Counted from the first letter of the stretch, positions 49,093-59,079 are shown. The stretch: 64,000 nt of DNA from a bacterium (GCA_016703065.1 JADJCU010000002.1:142797-206796); one strand, 5' to 3'. Notes: generated from the sequence alone by a model not told the origin. Numbers and translations are program-made.

Positions 49093-49695
49093 TTACTTCT
49101 TCTTGCCTTTGGCCATTTCAGAAGCGCGGGTGATTTCGTTCATGATGTTCTGAACGCGCTGCTGAACGGTTTGCATCTTGGTGCGGGCGGAGAGATACTT
49201 GGCCTGATTAAACTCGGCCACTGCGGCGTCATAGGCGGCGCGGGCGGCAGACAGGTCGCTCTTGATCAGTTCGATATCAGCCTTGTTACCCTTGCCGACC
49301 GGAGCCTTCATGAGGGCGGTGTCAGCGGCGGCGAGCGAAGCGGTCAACGTAGCCTGCATGGCGGTCAGCTCGTTTTTGAGGCGCTCTTTCTCAGCAGCGG
49401 CAGCCGTTGCAGCCTGATTGGCCATTTCGGTGGCCTTGACGAGCTGGGCCTTTGCGGCGTCGTAGTTGCGGAACAGGGCGAACTTTCCATCCTGCTCTTT
49501 GACCGCTGCGAGACCTGCATTCAGGGTGTCACGAGCGGCGGTGAACGCCTGACCAGCATACTGCTCGGCTTCAGCGGTACGGGCAGAGGTGAGTGCGGCA
49601 TTGGCGGCATCCGCTTCCATCTTGGGCGGTTCCGCGCAACCCGCCAAGAACAGCAGCGGGGCAACCCAGAGAGCTACGAACAAAGTCTTCTTCAT
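49093..49695 (-). CDS. Ala-rich coiled-coil lipoprotein
   Basis: 200 aa. Signal peptide plus lipobox LLFLAGC. Highly helical Ala/Lys/Glu composition resembling the N-terminus of the next gene. Confidence 0.65.
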   Translation of the reverse strand: MKKTLFVALWVAPLLFLAGCAEPPKMEADAANAALTSARTAEAEQYAGQAFTAARDTLNAGLAAVKEQDGKFALFRNYDAAKAQLVKATEMANQAATAAAAEKERLKNELTAMQATLTASLAAADTALMKAPVGKGNKADIELIKSDLSAARAAYDAAVAEFNQAKYLSARTKMQTVQQRVQNIMNEITRASEMAKGKKK

Positions 49696-49817
49696 GGTGT
49701 CCTTCCTAAACCCGGATTGGAGTGGATTGACACGGAGTCGTTGCGGCCGGGTAACCTTGGCGGCCCGTGGGCAGGCAGCGAACCGCCCGCCAACTTCAAG
49801 TAAATGGAAAGTAATAT

Positions 49818-50471
49818 CTAAGAGTGCAATCCGGCGTCAGCCGGGAAAGGCAGCAGGTGATTTTCGAGCATCAAAGTGGCCTCACGGGCGATATCCGCCT
49901 GTTTGTCCGCAGGCAGCATCGACGCGCGTTGCCGGATCAGGAGCGAGGCGATACCGTGCACAGCGCCCCATAGACCAAGCGCGGCGGCGTCAGTTGACGT
50001 GTTCATCATGTGCCCCTTGGCTTGGCATTCGGCAACCGTTTTGACGAGCATCCGGTAGGCGCGTCGGCCATAGCGCCACTCCGCGGTCTTGATGATTTTC
50101 GGCAGCGGAGTAAAGAGCATGAACATAAGATCATAATATTCAGGCTCTTGCAAAGCAAATTCGAGGTATCCTTCGAGTAGACCACGAAGCCTTGCTACGG
50201 GATCAGCGATCTTTGCCTGGTGCTTTTGGCGGGTGAAAAGATCGCGAAAACCCTCGTTATGCAAAGCGAACAAGATAGCATCTTTATCCTGAAAATACAA
50301 GTATATAGTTGCCGGACTATACTCGATTTTTTCAGCTATCTTGCGAATCGAGACGTTCTGGAAACCGTCTTCCGCAAAAAGCGCTTTTGCGGATTCCAGA
50401 ATTCTGGAGCGCATCTCGGCTTTTTCCCGCAGTTTACGGTCAACGATCGCCACGCAAGTCCCTCTGAACAA
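49818..50471 (-). CDS. TetR-family transcriptional regulator
   Basis: HTH segment RILESAKALFAEDGFQNVSIRKIAEKIEYSPATIYLYFQDKDAIL. The start may be the internal Met. Confidence 0.85.
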   Translation of the reverse strand: MFRGTCVAIVDRKLREKAEMRSRILESAKALFAEDGFQNVSIRKIAEKIEYSPATIYLYFQDKDAILFALHNEGFRDLFTRQKHQAKIADPVARLRGLLEGYLEFALQEPEYYDLMFMLFTPLPKIIKTAEWRYGRRAYRMLVKTVAECQAKGHMMNTSTDAAALGLWGAVHGIASLLIRQRASMLPADKQADIAREATLMLENHLLPFPADAGLHS

Positions 50472-50518
50472 CGTTTACTAATAGAACAGAGTATACTAAA
50501 TTACAGAGACGGTGTCAA

Positions 50519-51316
50519 GTGGGATTGTGGATAACTCTGGACGCTGGAAATAAAGATTTACTTTATTATCTTGTAGTTACATACATCATCCAATGGCCTT
50601 CTGTGCGAGTGTCACATAAAGACTGTTTCACGCCTCCCGATTCATCATTTATCGCCATTTTGTCGCATAGCTGGCGTTGGCCCCTGCTCATAGCGGTTGG
50701 TTTGACTGGTTTGGTCCTGTGGGGCGGGCAGCGGTCCGAGGGAGCTGCCGTTGGGCGGCTGCCGGTGTTTGCAGCGTCGTCTCAAATTGGCGAGATCGAA
50801 CTCCGGCATCTTTCACCGGACGGTCAATTGCGGCTTGGGTTCAAGGGAGCAGGTGTGGATGCCGTATCTCAGCACCGACTTGAGTGGTGGCAGCTCGCTG
50901 AACGCGAAGACCGACCGGGTTATCCCCGGATTGATCCGCAGAGCGGAGGTTCAGGGCTTCCGGGCGCGAAAGGGGAGGACGAAGATCCGGCATACTACTC
51001 ACCAGCGGATTTCGCGACTCCGGAATTGGCGGCACGCATCTTCGCGGAGGGAGGCTTGTATCTGCTGGACAGGCCGACGCACGACAGCGGTTTTCGGCTC
51101 GAGTCGTGGTTAGTGCAGCGTATTGGGCCGAAGCACGTGAAGCGATTGGTTGGAGTGCGCTGGGGAATCACGGTTCGGGACGGCGCACTCGTCGCGCTGC
51201 ACCATCCTGAACCAGTGGCGCAGCGGTCGCGCTTTGACTGGGAAGAGTCGCTTAGAATCAGCGGGTTTGGTATCGGGTGGGACATTGAGGATGAACGCGG
51301 CGGGATTCTGCCGTAA
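50519..51316 (+). CDS. Hypothetical membrane-anchored protein
   Basis: 265-aa ORF with one TM helix (WRWPLLIAVGLTGLVLWGG). No recognisable motif. Start uncertain. Confidence 0.4.
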   Translation: MGLWITLDAGNKDLLYYLVVTYIIQWPSVRVSHKDCFTPPDSSFIAILSHSWRWPLLIAVGLTGLVLWGGQRSEGAAVGRLPVFAASSQIGEIELRHLSPDGQLRLGFKGAGVDAVSQHRLEWWQLAEREDRPGYPRIDPQSGGSGLPGAKGEDEDPAYYSPADFATPELAARIFAEGGLYLLDRPTHDSGFRLESWLVQRIGPKHVKRLVGVRWGITVRDGALVALHHPEPVAQRSRFDWEESLRISGFGIGWDIEDERGGILP

Positions 51317-51346
51317 ACGATCTGCATCTACCAAGAGGAACCCATT

Positions 51347-51862
51347 ATGCGCATCACTGTGGCGTTGAGCGCCTTCGTGCTGTCCGTTGGAATTTTGTAC
51401 GGGGCCGTCACACCGAATCCAGCCGGCGGATTCACGTCTGTGCAGTCGGTGGCGCTACCGGGTACTCCGGAGCAGACCTTTGACGTAATGACCGGCGAGA
51501 TCGGTGCGTGGTGGGATCATTCGTTTACTGAGAAGCCGCACAGTTTGCGGATCGAACCGTGGCCGGGGGGGAAGTTCATCGAGGAGTTTGATGACAAGGG
51601 GAACGGGGCGCTCCATGCGACGGTGATCTACGCGGAGCGCGGCAAGCGGCTGCGATACGACGGGCCGCTCGGACTATCGGGGCGCGCTTTGAACTGTGTC
51701 GTGACATACGATTACGCGGCGCAGGGCGACAGCACGATGGTCAAGGTGACGGTGGAGATGAGCGGTCAGATTGATGAGGAGTGGGCGAATAGTGTCGACG
51801 GCGTGTGGCACCACTTTCTGGTGGAAGCGTTGCAGCCGTATGTCGAGAAGAACAGGAAATAG
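51347..51862 (+). CDS. SRPBCC/AHSA1-like (START-fold) protein with signal peptide
   Basis: 171 aa. Pattern ...W.D..F.....L..EP..GG.F.E.......G..HA.V....PGK.L... is typical of Activator-of-Hsp90-ATPase-like SRPBCC proteins. Confidence 0.55.
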   Translation: MRITVALSAFVLSVGILYGAVTPNPAGGFTSVQSVALPGTPEQTFDVMTGEIGAWWDHSFTEKPHSLRIEPWPGGKFIEEFDDKGNGALHATVIYAERGKRLRYDGPLGLSGRALNCVVTYDYAAQGDSTMVKVTVEMSGQIDEEWANSVDGVWHHFLVEALQPYVEKNRK

Positions 51863-51882
51863 AATTCAGAATGCAGAAAGCA

Positions 51883-51917
51883 GAAGCCCCCGGCGTGCTT
51901 GCCGAGGGCTTTGCTTT
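51883..51917. terminator. Bidirectional terminator between convergent genes
   Basis: AAGCCCccGGC-gtgctt-GCCgaGGGCTT followed by TGCTTTTTC. Confidence 0.6.
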
Positions 51918-51935
51918 TTCAGTGGAGCCGGATGG

Positions 51936-53318
51936 CTACTTCATCAACAGCATTTTGTTCGTGAATAGCTGACCGGCAGTTTCGAGCTTGGCAAAATAGA
52001 CGCCGCTGGCGAGTCCCGTGCCATCGAACCGCACCGCATGCTGACCACGGGTGATGTCGTGATCCAACAGTGTGCGGATCATGCGACCGTTCACATCAAA
52101 GACCTCAATCTTGGCGTGTCCATCTTTAGCGACCGCGAAGGAAATCGTCGTGGACGGATTGAACGGATTGGGATAGTTCTGATGGAGCACGGCCTCGGCG
52201 GGAGCCGGGACACGAGGTTCATTTGCCGAGACGATTTGCGTGGTCCAGAAGATCACCTGACCGGCGGTGATGTAGACCGGTTGCGTGTGGCCCGTGCTAT
52301 TATAGTTGCAATCGGTACACGTCACTCCGTTCTGACACTCGGGATTGCTCGGGCGGCAGAAATTCTCGTATGGTTCAATAGTCGGCCAGATATCGATGGT
52401 CTGATTCGGTGTGACTTCGACAAAGGGCACATCCCACGGGTAGACGCGGTCTCCGGGGCACCATCCGGCCCGGCTGAATTGCCACGTGCCGCCCTGGGGA
52501 CTGCACGGATTAATTGCGCAGTCATTTCGCCAGAGCAGATGGTCGTATTGATCGAGCCCGACCCAGACTCCGTGGGTTTTTTGCGAGAATTCCGCAGCGT
52601 TATGCGTGTTGCCTTGTCCGTGTCCGGTGGTCCACAGGCGTACAGTGGCAAACTCGGCTACTTCGTCGACCGGGACGAACGAGATATCAAGATGATTCTC
52701 GATCGGGTCCGCCGGGTCGCCGTAGACTAACCCGCCGAAGTTCCACAGTTGTTCGACGCGATAGGGCTTCAAGGGCATCGGTCCTTCGATGAAATAGAAG
52801 GTGCAGGACACGAGCCACCCCTGATTGCCTCCGATCCAAGTGTCGACGAAGCTATGCAGCGAGACGTTTCCGCGCAAGAGGGACTGGTACTCCAGCATGT
52901 CAAAGCGCCACTCGCAATGGCCCGGTCCACCGCCGCCGGTGATATCGTAGGGGGTGATGACGCGGGCGATCTCGATGTCTTCGAGCGTGGTGTCCGTGAG
53001 AGCACGCTGGACGTAAAGCCGGGCGGTCCGGTCCCAGGGGTCGCAGTCTCCGGGCGAGCCGGGGCAATCCAGCCGGTAAATCATATAAATTTCGCCGCAC
53101 TCAAGAGCCGGCTCTGGAAACTCGAAGGAGGCCGTGTTATCCCGGCCACCGGCCGCGAAGTTGTGCAGCTCTTGCAGGAATGTCAAGACGACGGTTGTAT
53201 CACCCACTTCGGCTACGGCAGGCACGGTAAAGGCCACGAGCAACATAAAGACGAGCGAACGCATGGAGAACTCCTTTGTGAGACAGGTCCTAATGTACCG
53301 AACTGCTCGCACTCTCAC
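51936..53318 (-). CDS. T9SS-sorted secreted protein of unknown function
   Basis: 460 aa. Signal peptide after an internal Met (MRSLVFMLLVAFTVPAVA). CTD HQNYPNPFNPSTTISF...GVYFAKLETAGQLFTNKMLLMK. Confidence 0.8.
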   Translation of the reverse strand: MRVRAVRYIRTCLTKEFSMRSLVFMLLVAFTVPAVAEVGDTTVVLTFLQELHNFAAGGRDNTASFEFPEPALECGEIYMIYRLDCPGSPGDCDPWDRTARLYVQRALTDTTLEDIEIARVITPYDITGGGGPGHCEWRFDMLEYQSLLRGNVSLHSFVDTWIGGNQGWLVSCTFYFIEGPMPLKPYRVEQLWNFGGLVYGDPADPIENHLDISFVPVDEVAEFATVRLWTTGHGQGNTHNAAEFSQKTHGVWVGLDQYDHLLWRNDCAINPCSPQGGTWQFSRAGWCPGDRVYPWDVPFVEVTPNQTIDIWPTIEPYENFCRPSNPECQNGVTCTDCNYNSTGHTQPVYITAGQVIFWTTQIVSANEPRVPAPAEAVLHQNYPNPFNPSTTISFAVAKDGHAKIEVFDVNGRMIRTLLDHDITRGQHAVRFDGTGLASGVYFAKLETAGQLFTNKMLLMK

Positions 53319-53482
53319 AATAGGGAGCTTAAACAGAAATTTCTTAAAAGGTTGCGCCGATTGACGCCGGGCATCTGGTCACATCAAGGGATTTCTCGAC
53401 AATACATGTAAAACAGTTGCTTGTCTACGAGGGCGTTCGTAAATTGTACGGTTACATTCAGCACAAACAAGGAGAAATCGAG

Positions 53483-54058
53483 ATGAGAATGCTGACTTTG
53501 ATTGTCCTTTTGGCGGCATTTGCACTGCCGGGTTGGGCCGCCTACCCGCTCGGAGTCGGGGTGCACGGCGGCTACGACATGCCGGTGATTCAAGGGGATG
53601 TCGGAGCGGGTCCGTTGTTTGGGATTTCAGTGCGCGGAAACATCGTAGGACCGCTGCACGGGCAACTGCTGTTCCGCAGCACCTCGCAAGCGGATGTGGA
53701 AGAGGATATCGACTTTCCGGGTGAGCCGACGTTGACCATTCCGGGGGGAACGCTATCCGGGTTTGGCTTGAATCTGCTTCTGGCGAAGAAAGACCCAGCG
53801 AGCTTCTGGCCGTACTTCCACCTTGGCGTGTCGAGTAATTCGTTGTCACCGGGGGCGGACTTCAAGGAAGACGAATCGCTTTCGGGCATCAGCGGCGGTC
53901 TTGGTGCAGGAATCAATCTGTATCAGCGCAAGGTGTATCTTGATATCAACACGGGGCTGTTGGTCATGCGGTTCCACGACAACAACGCGTCGCGCAAGAA
54001 CTGGCAGACGACGTTGGGCGTGCAGTATTTTATTCCGATCAAAGGCAAGTCCAACTAA
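53483..54058 (+). CDS. Small outer-membrane beta-barrel protein (OmpA-barrel/OmpW-like)
   Basis: ATG 53483 is preceded by AAGGAGA. Signal peptide MRMLTLIVLLAAFALPGWA. Alternating strands, with a near-C-terminal strand TLGVQYFIPI. Confidence 0.6.
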   Translation: MRMLTLIVLLAAFALPGWAAYPLGVGVHGGYDMPVIQGDVGAGPLFGISVRGNIVGPLHGQLLFRSTSQADVEEDIDFPGEPTLTIPGGTLSGFGLNLLLAKKDPASFWPYFHLGVSSNSLSPGADFKEDESLSGISGGLGAGINLYQRKVYLDINTGLLVMRFHDNNASRKNWQTTLGVQYFIPIKGKSN

Positions 54059-54079
54059 ACCGCGCACAAGGAGCGTAAC

Positions 54080-54655
54080 ATGAAGCTGAAACTTTGTATT
54101 CTTGCCGCGTTGTTGGTGACGATTGTCAGCGGCTGTGGTTTGACTTCGGGCACCGCGTTTGTATCGCAGGAGATAGAGCGAGACATTTATACGGACACGC
54201 GGCCTTCGGGCGTGACGCGGGGCGACGGCCACCTCGACGTCGAGCGTATGGACAGTGTGATCGTGAATCTGACTGACAACAGTGATTGGTCGGATTTTAC
54301 GATCGAGGGTGTTGAGGATGGCTGCATCAATGTCACGGCGACGAATCACCTTGATTCGCCTGTGTCCGGTGAGATTTGGATTGTCCCCGATATTACTTTC
54401 AGCGCAGGCAACGATCCGGATGCTGTCCGCAACGCGCCGGGCGCATTCCGCGTTTTCAGCGGCCTTGCGCTGGCCCCTCTCGAGACGCGCCAATTCATGT
54501 GCTTCGAGACGATCGAAATGCTCGAGAACACTGATCAACTCGTCGATGTCGTCCGCGCGGGCACATTGCAGGCTTGGGGACTTGGCGACCAGACGATCTA
54601 CTGCTTCAGCCTGACTGGAATAGTCTTCGGGTTCCACATAACGGGTTCACTCTAA
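54080..54655 (+). CDS. Hypothetical lipoprotein
   Basis: 191 aa with a signal peptide plus the lipobox LLVTIVSGC. Confidence 0.6.
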   Translation: MKLKLCILAALLVTIVSGCGLTSGTAFVSQEIERDIYTDTRPSGVTRGDGHLDVERMDSVIVNLTDNSDWSDFTIEGVEDGCINVTATNHLDSPVSGEIWIVPDITFSAGNDPDAVRNAPGAFRVFSGLALAPLETRQFMCFETIEMLENTDQLVDVVRAGTLQAWGLGDQTIYCFSLTGIVFGFHITGSL

Positions 54656-54675
54656 TTGGAGCTTTCGTGGTCATG

Positions 54676-54712
54676 GCGCCCGGCGGGAAACCTTGCCGGG
54701 CGTCTTTTTTTT
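54676..54712 (+). terminator. Rho-independent terminator
   Basis: GCGCCCGGC-N10-GCCGGGCG followed by TCTTTTTTTT. Confidence 0.85.
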
Positions 54713-54845
54713 GGTTGGGAACTGAGCGGAATTTGCCGGCGTTTTCCCTTTTTGACCACGAGCCGGGTGCGGCGCCGCGCAGACGGGTTGCCAATCACGC
54801 CGCTAAAGGCATGATATATAATGAAGTTGGGTGAAAACGCCCCGC

Positions 54846-54874
54846 TTGACAATCGGCGTGCATCTCGCTATCTT
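54846..54874 (+). promoter_or_regulatory. Sigma70-type promoter of hrcA-grpE-dnaJ
   Basis: TTGACA-N17-TATCTT, about 25 nt upstream of ATG 54900. Confidence 0.6.
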
Positions 54875-54899
54875 ATCAGATTACCCTGAATCGAACTCC

Positions 54900-55940
54900 A
54901 TGGCCCTTCAACAACCGACTCCGCAGCTAACCGAACGCGAGAAGCTCATCCTTCGCGCGGTGGTTCAGCATTTCATCCTCACGGCAAATCCGGTGGGGTC
55001 GCGGCACGTTGCACGGAAGTTTGGCATCGCGCTGTCGGCAGCCACGATTCGTAATGTCATGTCCGACCTTGAGGAGATGGGGCTGCTTAGTCATCCACAT
55101 ACGTCGGCGGGGCGCATGCCTTCGGATTTGGGCTATCGCCTGTACGTTGATGATCTGATGGACCTGGGCGAGCTGACCGGGGAAGAGCGCGAGGCCATCG
55201 AACGTGAGATAGAATCCGTCCCTGCGGAGCTTGAAGGAGTCTTAGACGCCACGACCCGTGTGCTGGCTTCGGCCTCGAACCTGCTGGGGATTGTTGTGAT
55301 TCCCGAACTGCAGAAGGCGGTGCTGGGTCGAATAGAGTTGGCGCGGCTTAGCGAACGAAGGTTATTGGTTGTGATAACGCTTGAATCGGGTCCGATGAAG
55401 TCGATCATGGTCGAACTCGAGCAACAGATGAGCGAGGAGTCTGTTCGTCATGTGACGGCGGCGTTGAATCGGCGGCTGGTTGGTTTGACGGTTGGGGCTA
55501 TTCGTGAACAGATTGCGTCGCGGATGCAGAATCTCGGTGAAACGCCGCAGAGTCTAATCAGACTATTCGTGGAATCAACGGACGAGCTGTTTAATTTTTC
55601 GGGCAAAGAGCATGTGAAGATCGGAGGGCGAGCGCAGGTGATCAATCAGCCGGAGTTTTCGACGCCGGGCTCGATGCGCGGGATCATCGAATTGGTGGAA
55701 GACAAGGACATTATCATCCACCTGTTGCAGAATCCGGACTCGCGGGGGCCGATTTCAATTTCCATTGGCCGCGAGAATCCCGACACGCGCGCGAAAGACC
55801 TGTCAGTGCTTTCGGCGGACTACAAGACGAGTTCGAGTTCGGGGAAACTTGGGGTGATTGGACCGACGCGCATGGATTACTCGCGGTTGACGAGTCTGCT
55901 GGAGTATACGGCGCGAGTGGTCAGTAAACGACTTGCATAA
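54900..55940 (+). CDS. hrcA: Heat-inducible transcription repressor HrcA
   Basis: LTEREKLILRAVVQHFILTANPVGSRHVARKF...ATIRNVMSDLEEMGLLSHPHTSAGRMPSDLGYRLYVD is canonical HrcA. The internal ATG at 54900 is preferred over 54831. Confidence 0.9.
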   Translation: MALQQPTPQLTEREKLILRAVVQHFILTANPVGSRHVARKFGIALSAATIRNVMSDLEEMGLLSHPHTSAGRMPSDLGYRLYVDDLMDLGELTGEEREAIEREIESVPAELEGVLDATTRVLASASNLLGIVVIPELQKAVLGRIELARLSERRLLVVITLESGPMKSIMVELEQQMSEESVRHVTAALNRRLVGLTVGAIREQIASRMQNLGETPQSLIRLFVESTDELFNFSGKEHVKIGGRAQVINQPEFSTPGSMRGIIELVEDKDIIIHLLQNPDSRGPISISIGRENPDTRAKDLSVLSADYKTSSSSGKLGVIGPTRMDYSRLTSLLEYTARVVSKRLA

Positions 55941-55945
55941 CACGG

Positions 55946-56503
55946 ATGAAGATGAACGAACAAGATAAGACAACGCCAGAGGTATTGGAATCGCAACCGA
56001 GTCCGGACGAGCTTTCATCCGGTCCATCGGAGCATGAGCTTGCGCGCGCGGAAGCGGCGGAGTGGCGGGACAAGTACGTTCGGCAATTGGCCGAGTTTGA
56101 CAACTATCGCAAGCGGATGCGCGGCGAGTTGGAGAATGTGCGCGAGAGCGTTGCTGAAACGGTGTTGCTGAATCTGCTGACGGTATATGACGATTTGAAT
56201 CGTACGCTCGATGCTCCGGCGGCTGACGACGCTACATTGCGGCGCGGTGTGGAGTTGGTACAGCAGAAGTTTCAGGCATATTTGGAGTCGCGAGGAATTA
56301 CGCGGCTTGAGTGCCGCGGCAAGGAGTTTAATCCGGACGAGCACGATGCGATTTTGATGCAGGCGCGCGGGGGATTTCCGGCGCATGTTGTTTTGGAAGA
56401 GGTGACGCCTGGCTACAAACTGGGAGATCGTGTTATTCGCCATGCGCAAGTGATCGTGTCGAGTGAGCCGGACGACGGCGCAAACGATGGGGAGCAGCAG
56501 TAG
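55946..56503 (+). CDS. grpE: Nucleotide exchange factor GrpE
   Basis: 185 aa. GrpE pattern ...[18 protein letters not shown]...FNPDEHDAI...[16 protein letters not shown]. Confidence 0.9.
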   Translation: MKMNEQDKTTPEVLESQPSPDELSSGPSEHELARAEAAEWRDKYVRQLAEFDNYRKRMRGELENVRESVAETVLLNLLTVYDDLNRTLDAPAADDATLRRGVELVQQKFQAYLESRGITRLECRGKEFNPDEHDAILMQARGGFPAHVVLEEVTPGYKLGDRVIRHAQVIVSSEPDDGANDGEQQ

Positions 56504-56507
56504 TAAG

Positions 56508-57656
56508 ATGGCGAAACGTGACTACTACGAGATCTTGGGCGTCGAACGCGGCGCGAGTCAGGACGAGGTCAAGAAGGCTTACCGCAAGTTAGCGATGCAG
56601 TATCACCCGGATAAGAACAAGGGTGACGCCGCAGCGGAAGAGAAGTTCAAAGAGGTTGGCGAAGCCTACGCCGTGCTGTCGGATCAGCAGAAGCGCGCGC
56701 AGTATGACCGGTTCGGTCATACGGCAGGCAGCGCCGGTCCACGCGGCGGCCAGCAAGGCGGAAGTTTCGAGTTTGATTTGAGCGATGCGCTGCGGCAGTT
56801 CATGGAAGGCGGGATGTTTGGGGACATCTTTGGCCAACAGCAGCGAGGCGGGCGAGGATCAGCGCGCGTTCGCGGTAACGATTTGCAGTTGAAGTTGTCG
56901 CTGACGCTGGAAGAGATATCGGACGGAGTTCGCAATACGATTCGCGTGAAGCGGCGGCGTCCATGTCAATCGTGCGGTGGCAAAGGAGCGGCGGCGGGAA
57001 GCGCTCCGCAGGAATGTCCGACTTGTCGCGGACAGGGTCAGGTGCGGCAGGTGTCACGCACGATACTCGGGCAGTTTGTAAATATCCAGACTTGTCCGCA
57101 ATGTCACGGCGATGGGAAGATCATTTCGAATCCATGCAAGACGTGCGAGGGTGAAGGGCGGACGCGTGTTGAGGATACGATTCACGTCGATGTCCCTGCG
57201 GGTGTTGCGGCGGGACAATATCTCACGCTGCGAGGCGAAGGGCACTCGGGGCCGCGCAACGGTCCGGCGGGCGATTTGATAGTGCTGATTGAAGAAAAGG
57301 AGCACGAGTATTTCGAACGCGACGGCGACAATATCATCTACAAGTTGACTGTTTCGGTTCCGCAGCTGCTGTTGGGAGCGACGCTTGAAGTGCCGACGCT
57401 GTCCGGGAAAGCGCAATTGAAGCTCGAACCGGGGATGTCACCGGGTAAGATGCTGCGAATGCGCGGCAAGGGGCTTCCGGCGCTGAACGGGTACGGGCGG
57501 GGTGATCAACTGGTTGAGATTGAACTGCATGTTCCGAAGAAGCTGAGTGCAGCGGAACGGGCGGCGATTGAAAAGCTGATGGAGAGTGAGAACTTCAAGG
57601 TGCAGACGAACGAGAAGGGATTTTTCGAGCGTGTACGCGAAGCATTCGGGCAATGA
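56508..57656 (+). CDS. dnaJ: Molecular chaperone DnaJ
   Basis: J-domain [12 protein letters not shown]...YHPDKN. G/F region. Four CxxCxGxG zinc-finger repeats ([32 protein letters not shown]). Confidence 0.95.
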   Translation: MAKRDYYEILGVERGASQDEVKKAYRKLAMQYHPDKNKGDAAAEEKFKEVGEAYAVLSDQQKRAQYDRFGHTAGSAGPRGGQQGGSFEFDLSDALRQFMEGGMFGDIFGQQQRGGRGSARVRGNDLQLKLSLTLEEISDGVRNTIRVKRRRPCQSCGGKGAAAGSAPQECPTCRGQGQVRQVSRTILGQFVNIQTCPQCHGDGKIISNPCKTCEGEGRTRVEDTIHVDVPAGVAAGQYLTLRGEGHSGPRNGPAGDLIVLIEEKEHEYFERDGDNIIYKLTVSVPQLLLGATLEVPTLSGKAQLKLEPGMSPGKMLRMRGKGLPALNGYGRGDQLVEIELHVPKKLSAAERAAIEKLMESENFKVQTNEKGFFERVREAFGQ

Positions 57657-58057
57657 TCTGGAAGTTTGACTTCAGTCGCCGCTCACTCGTCTGGCTGCTG
57701 GGGCTAAGCTTTGTTGCGGGCACCGGACTGGAGATTTGGGAGCAGTGGAGCGGACGGCGCGCAGTTTCGAGCGCAGGGATCGTCTCGATGGGTCACGATG
57801 CCCGGCTTGCGGAGTTAGCGGATTCGCTATATAAGGCGCGGCAGGTCGAGTTAGCGAAACCGATTGATATCAATCTTGCCAGTGCATCGGAGCTCGAACG
57901 ACTGCCGGGAATTGGGCCGGTGCTGGCAGAGCGGATCCTTTCAGAGCGGGAAACGAACGGGCCGTTCGTGACTGTTGATGATCTTGACCGTGTGTCGGGA
58001 ATCGGAGTGAAGAAGCTCGCGGAGCTGCGCGCTCGCGTAACAGTAGCAACAGAGTGA
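57653..58057 (+). CDS. ComEA-like helix-hairpin-helix DNA-binding protein
   Basis: N-terminal TM helix. [24 protein letters not shown]...[18 protein letters not shown] is the tandem HhH pattern. ATGA overlap with dnaJ. Confidence 0.8.
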   Translation: MIWKFDFSRRSLVWLLGLSFVAGTGLEIWEQWSGRRAVSSAGIVSMGHDARLAELADSLYKARQVELAKPIDINLASASELERLPGIGPVLAERILSERETNGPFVTVDDLDRVSGIGVKKLAELRARVTVATE

Positions 58058-58060
58058 CAG

Positions 58061-58642
58061 TTGGCTGCCCGGGGGCAGTCTTGCCATAAGGAGCGGGAAG
58101 ATGGCGGTGCGGATATCCGCGGAGCGCGGCGCGGCAAGCTTCAGGTTGAACTGCGGCCAACCGCGGCGCGAACATTGGAATCGGTGTTCGACATGCTGCG
58201 CAATGACATTGCTGAGACGCGTGTGCTGGACTTGTTTGCGGGTGTGGGATCGTACGGCGTACTGGCGTTGCGGCGCGGGGCGGATGTCGCAGTGTTCGTT
58301 GACAAGTCGCGCGAAGCGGAGAAGAGGATGAAGAATGCCCTTGCGCAGTATCATCTCGAAGACCGTTCAGTTGTGCATTGCGAGGACGTTCATCATTTTC
58401 TGCACAACGCGGCGCGCTTCACAGAACCGTTCAATGTTATTTTTGCGGATCCGCCGTACGAGAAAATCGTACCTGCGGAACTGATGGAACATATCCTCGA
58501 CTCCAAACTACTCGCGCCGGGCGGATTAATTGTATTCGAGCATTCCAAGCGACAGGCTCCGCCGGATGTTGTTGGTCTAAGACTTCGCAAGTCACGCGTG
58601 TTTGGTGACACCACGGTCAGTATCTGGGATTCGATGGCTTAG
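58061..58642 (+). CDS. rsmD: 16S rRNA (guanine966-N2)-methyltransferase RsmD (N-terminus frame-disrupted)
   Basis: Contains RPTAARTLESVFDML, LDLFAGVGSYGVLALRRGA and FADPPY. The likely true start is ATG 58101 (AAGGAG 7 nt upstream, MAVRIS...), which is in another frame. That implies a 1-nt indel near 58118-58124. Confidence 0.8.
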   Translation: MAARGQSCHKEREDGGADIRGARRGKLQVELRPTAARTLESVFDMLRNDIAETRVLDLFAGVGSYGVLALRRGADVAVFVDKSREAEKRMKNALAQYHLEDRSVVHCEDVHHFLHNAARFTEPFNVIFADPPYEKIVPAELMEHILDSKLLAPGGLIVFEHSKRQAPPDVVGLRLRKSRVFGDTTVSIWDSMA

Positions 58643-58644
58643 CC

Positions 58645-59079
58645 ATGCTCACGCATCGCGTCGCAGTCGCAGCTTATGTATTTCGAGGCGGCAAGGTGCT
58701 GCTTCTTAAGCGGGCCACACCGCCGCAGACATTTGCGCCTCCGGGAGGCAAGCTTGAAGTGGGCGAGGATCCGCTGGCCGGGCTGCACCGCGAAGTCTTT
58801 GAGGAAACCGGTCTGGAGATTGAGGTTGTCGGTGTCGCACATACGTGGTATGGGAGGGTGACATCGGGCGACGACCTGCTGCTCTGTATCAATTTTCTTG
58901 CCACGAGTGAACATGGCGAGCCGCGATTAAGTGACGAGCACACAGAGTGGACTTGGGTCGCGCGGGCAGAGCTGGAGAACGGGACATTTCGCACGCAGGA
59001 TGAGCAGGGGAACGGCTATCGCGCGATTAGTTTGCTGGAAGCATTTGACAGTTTCGCGCGATGGATGACGACGCACTGA
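58645..59079 (+). CDS. NUDIX hydrolase
   Basis: Nudix box GGKLEVGEDPLAGLHREVFEETGLEI. Confidence 0.85.
   Translation: MLTHRVAVAAYVFRGGKVLLLKRATPPQTFAPPGGKLEVGEDPLAGLHREVFEETGLEIEVVGVAHTWYGRVTSGDDLLLCINFLATSEHGEPRLSDEHTEWTWVARAELENGTFRTQDEQGNGYRAISLLEAFDSFARWMTTH

Noticed and set aside
54660-54900. A CIRCE (HrcA operator) element upstream of hrcA.
   Set aside because: Visual search found no TTAGCACTC-N9-GAGTGCTAA-like inverted repeat. Only a sigma70-like promoter is present.
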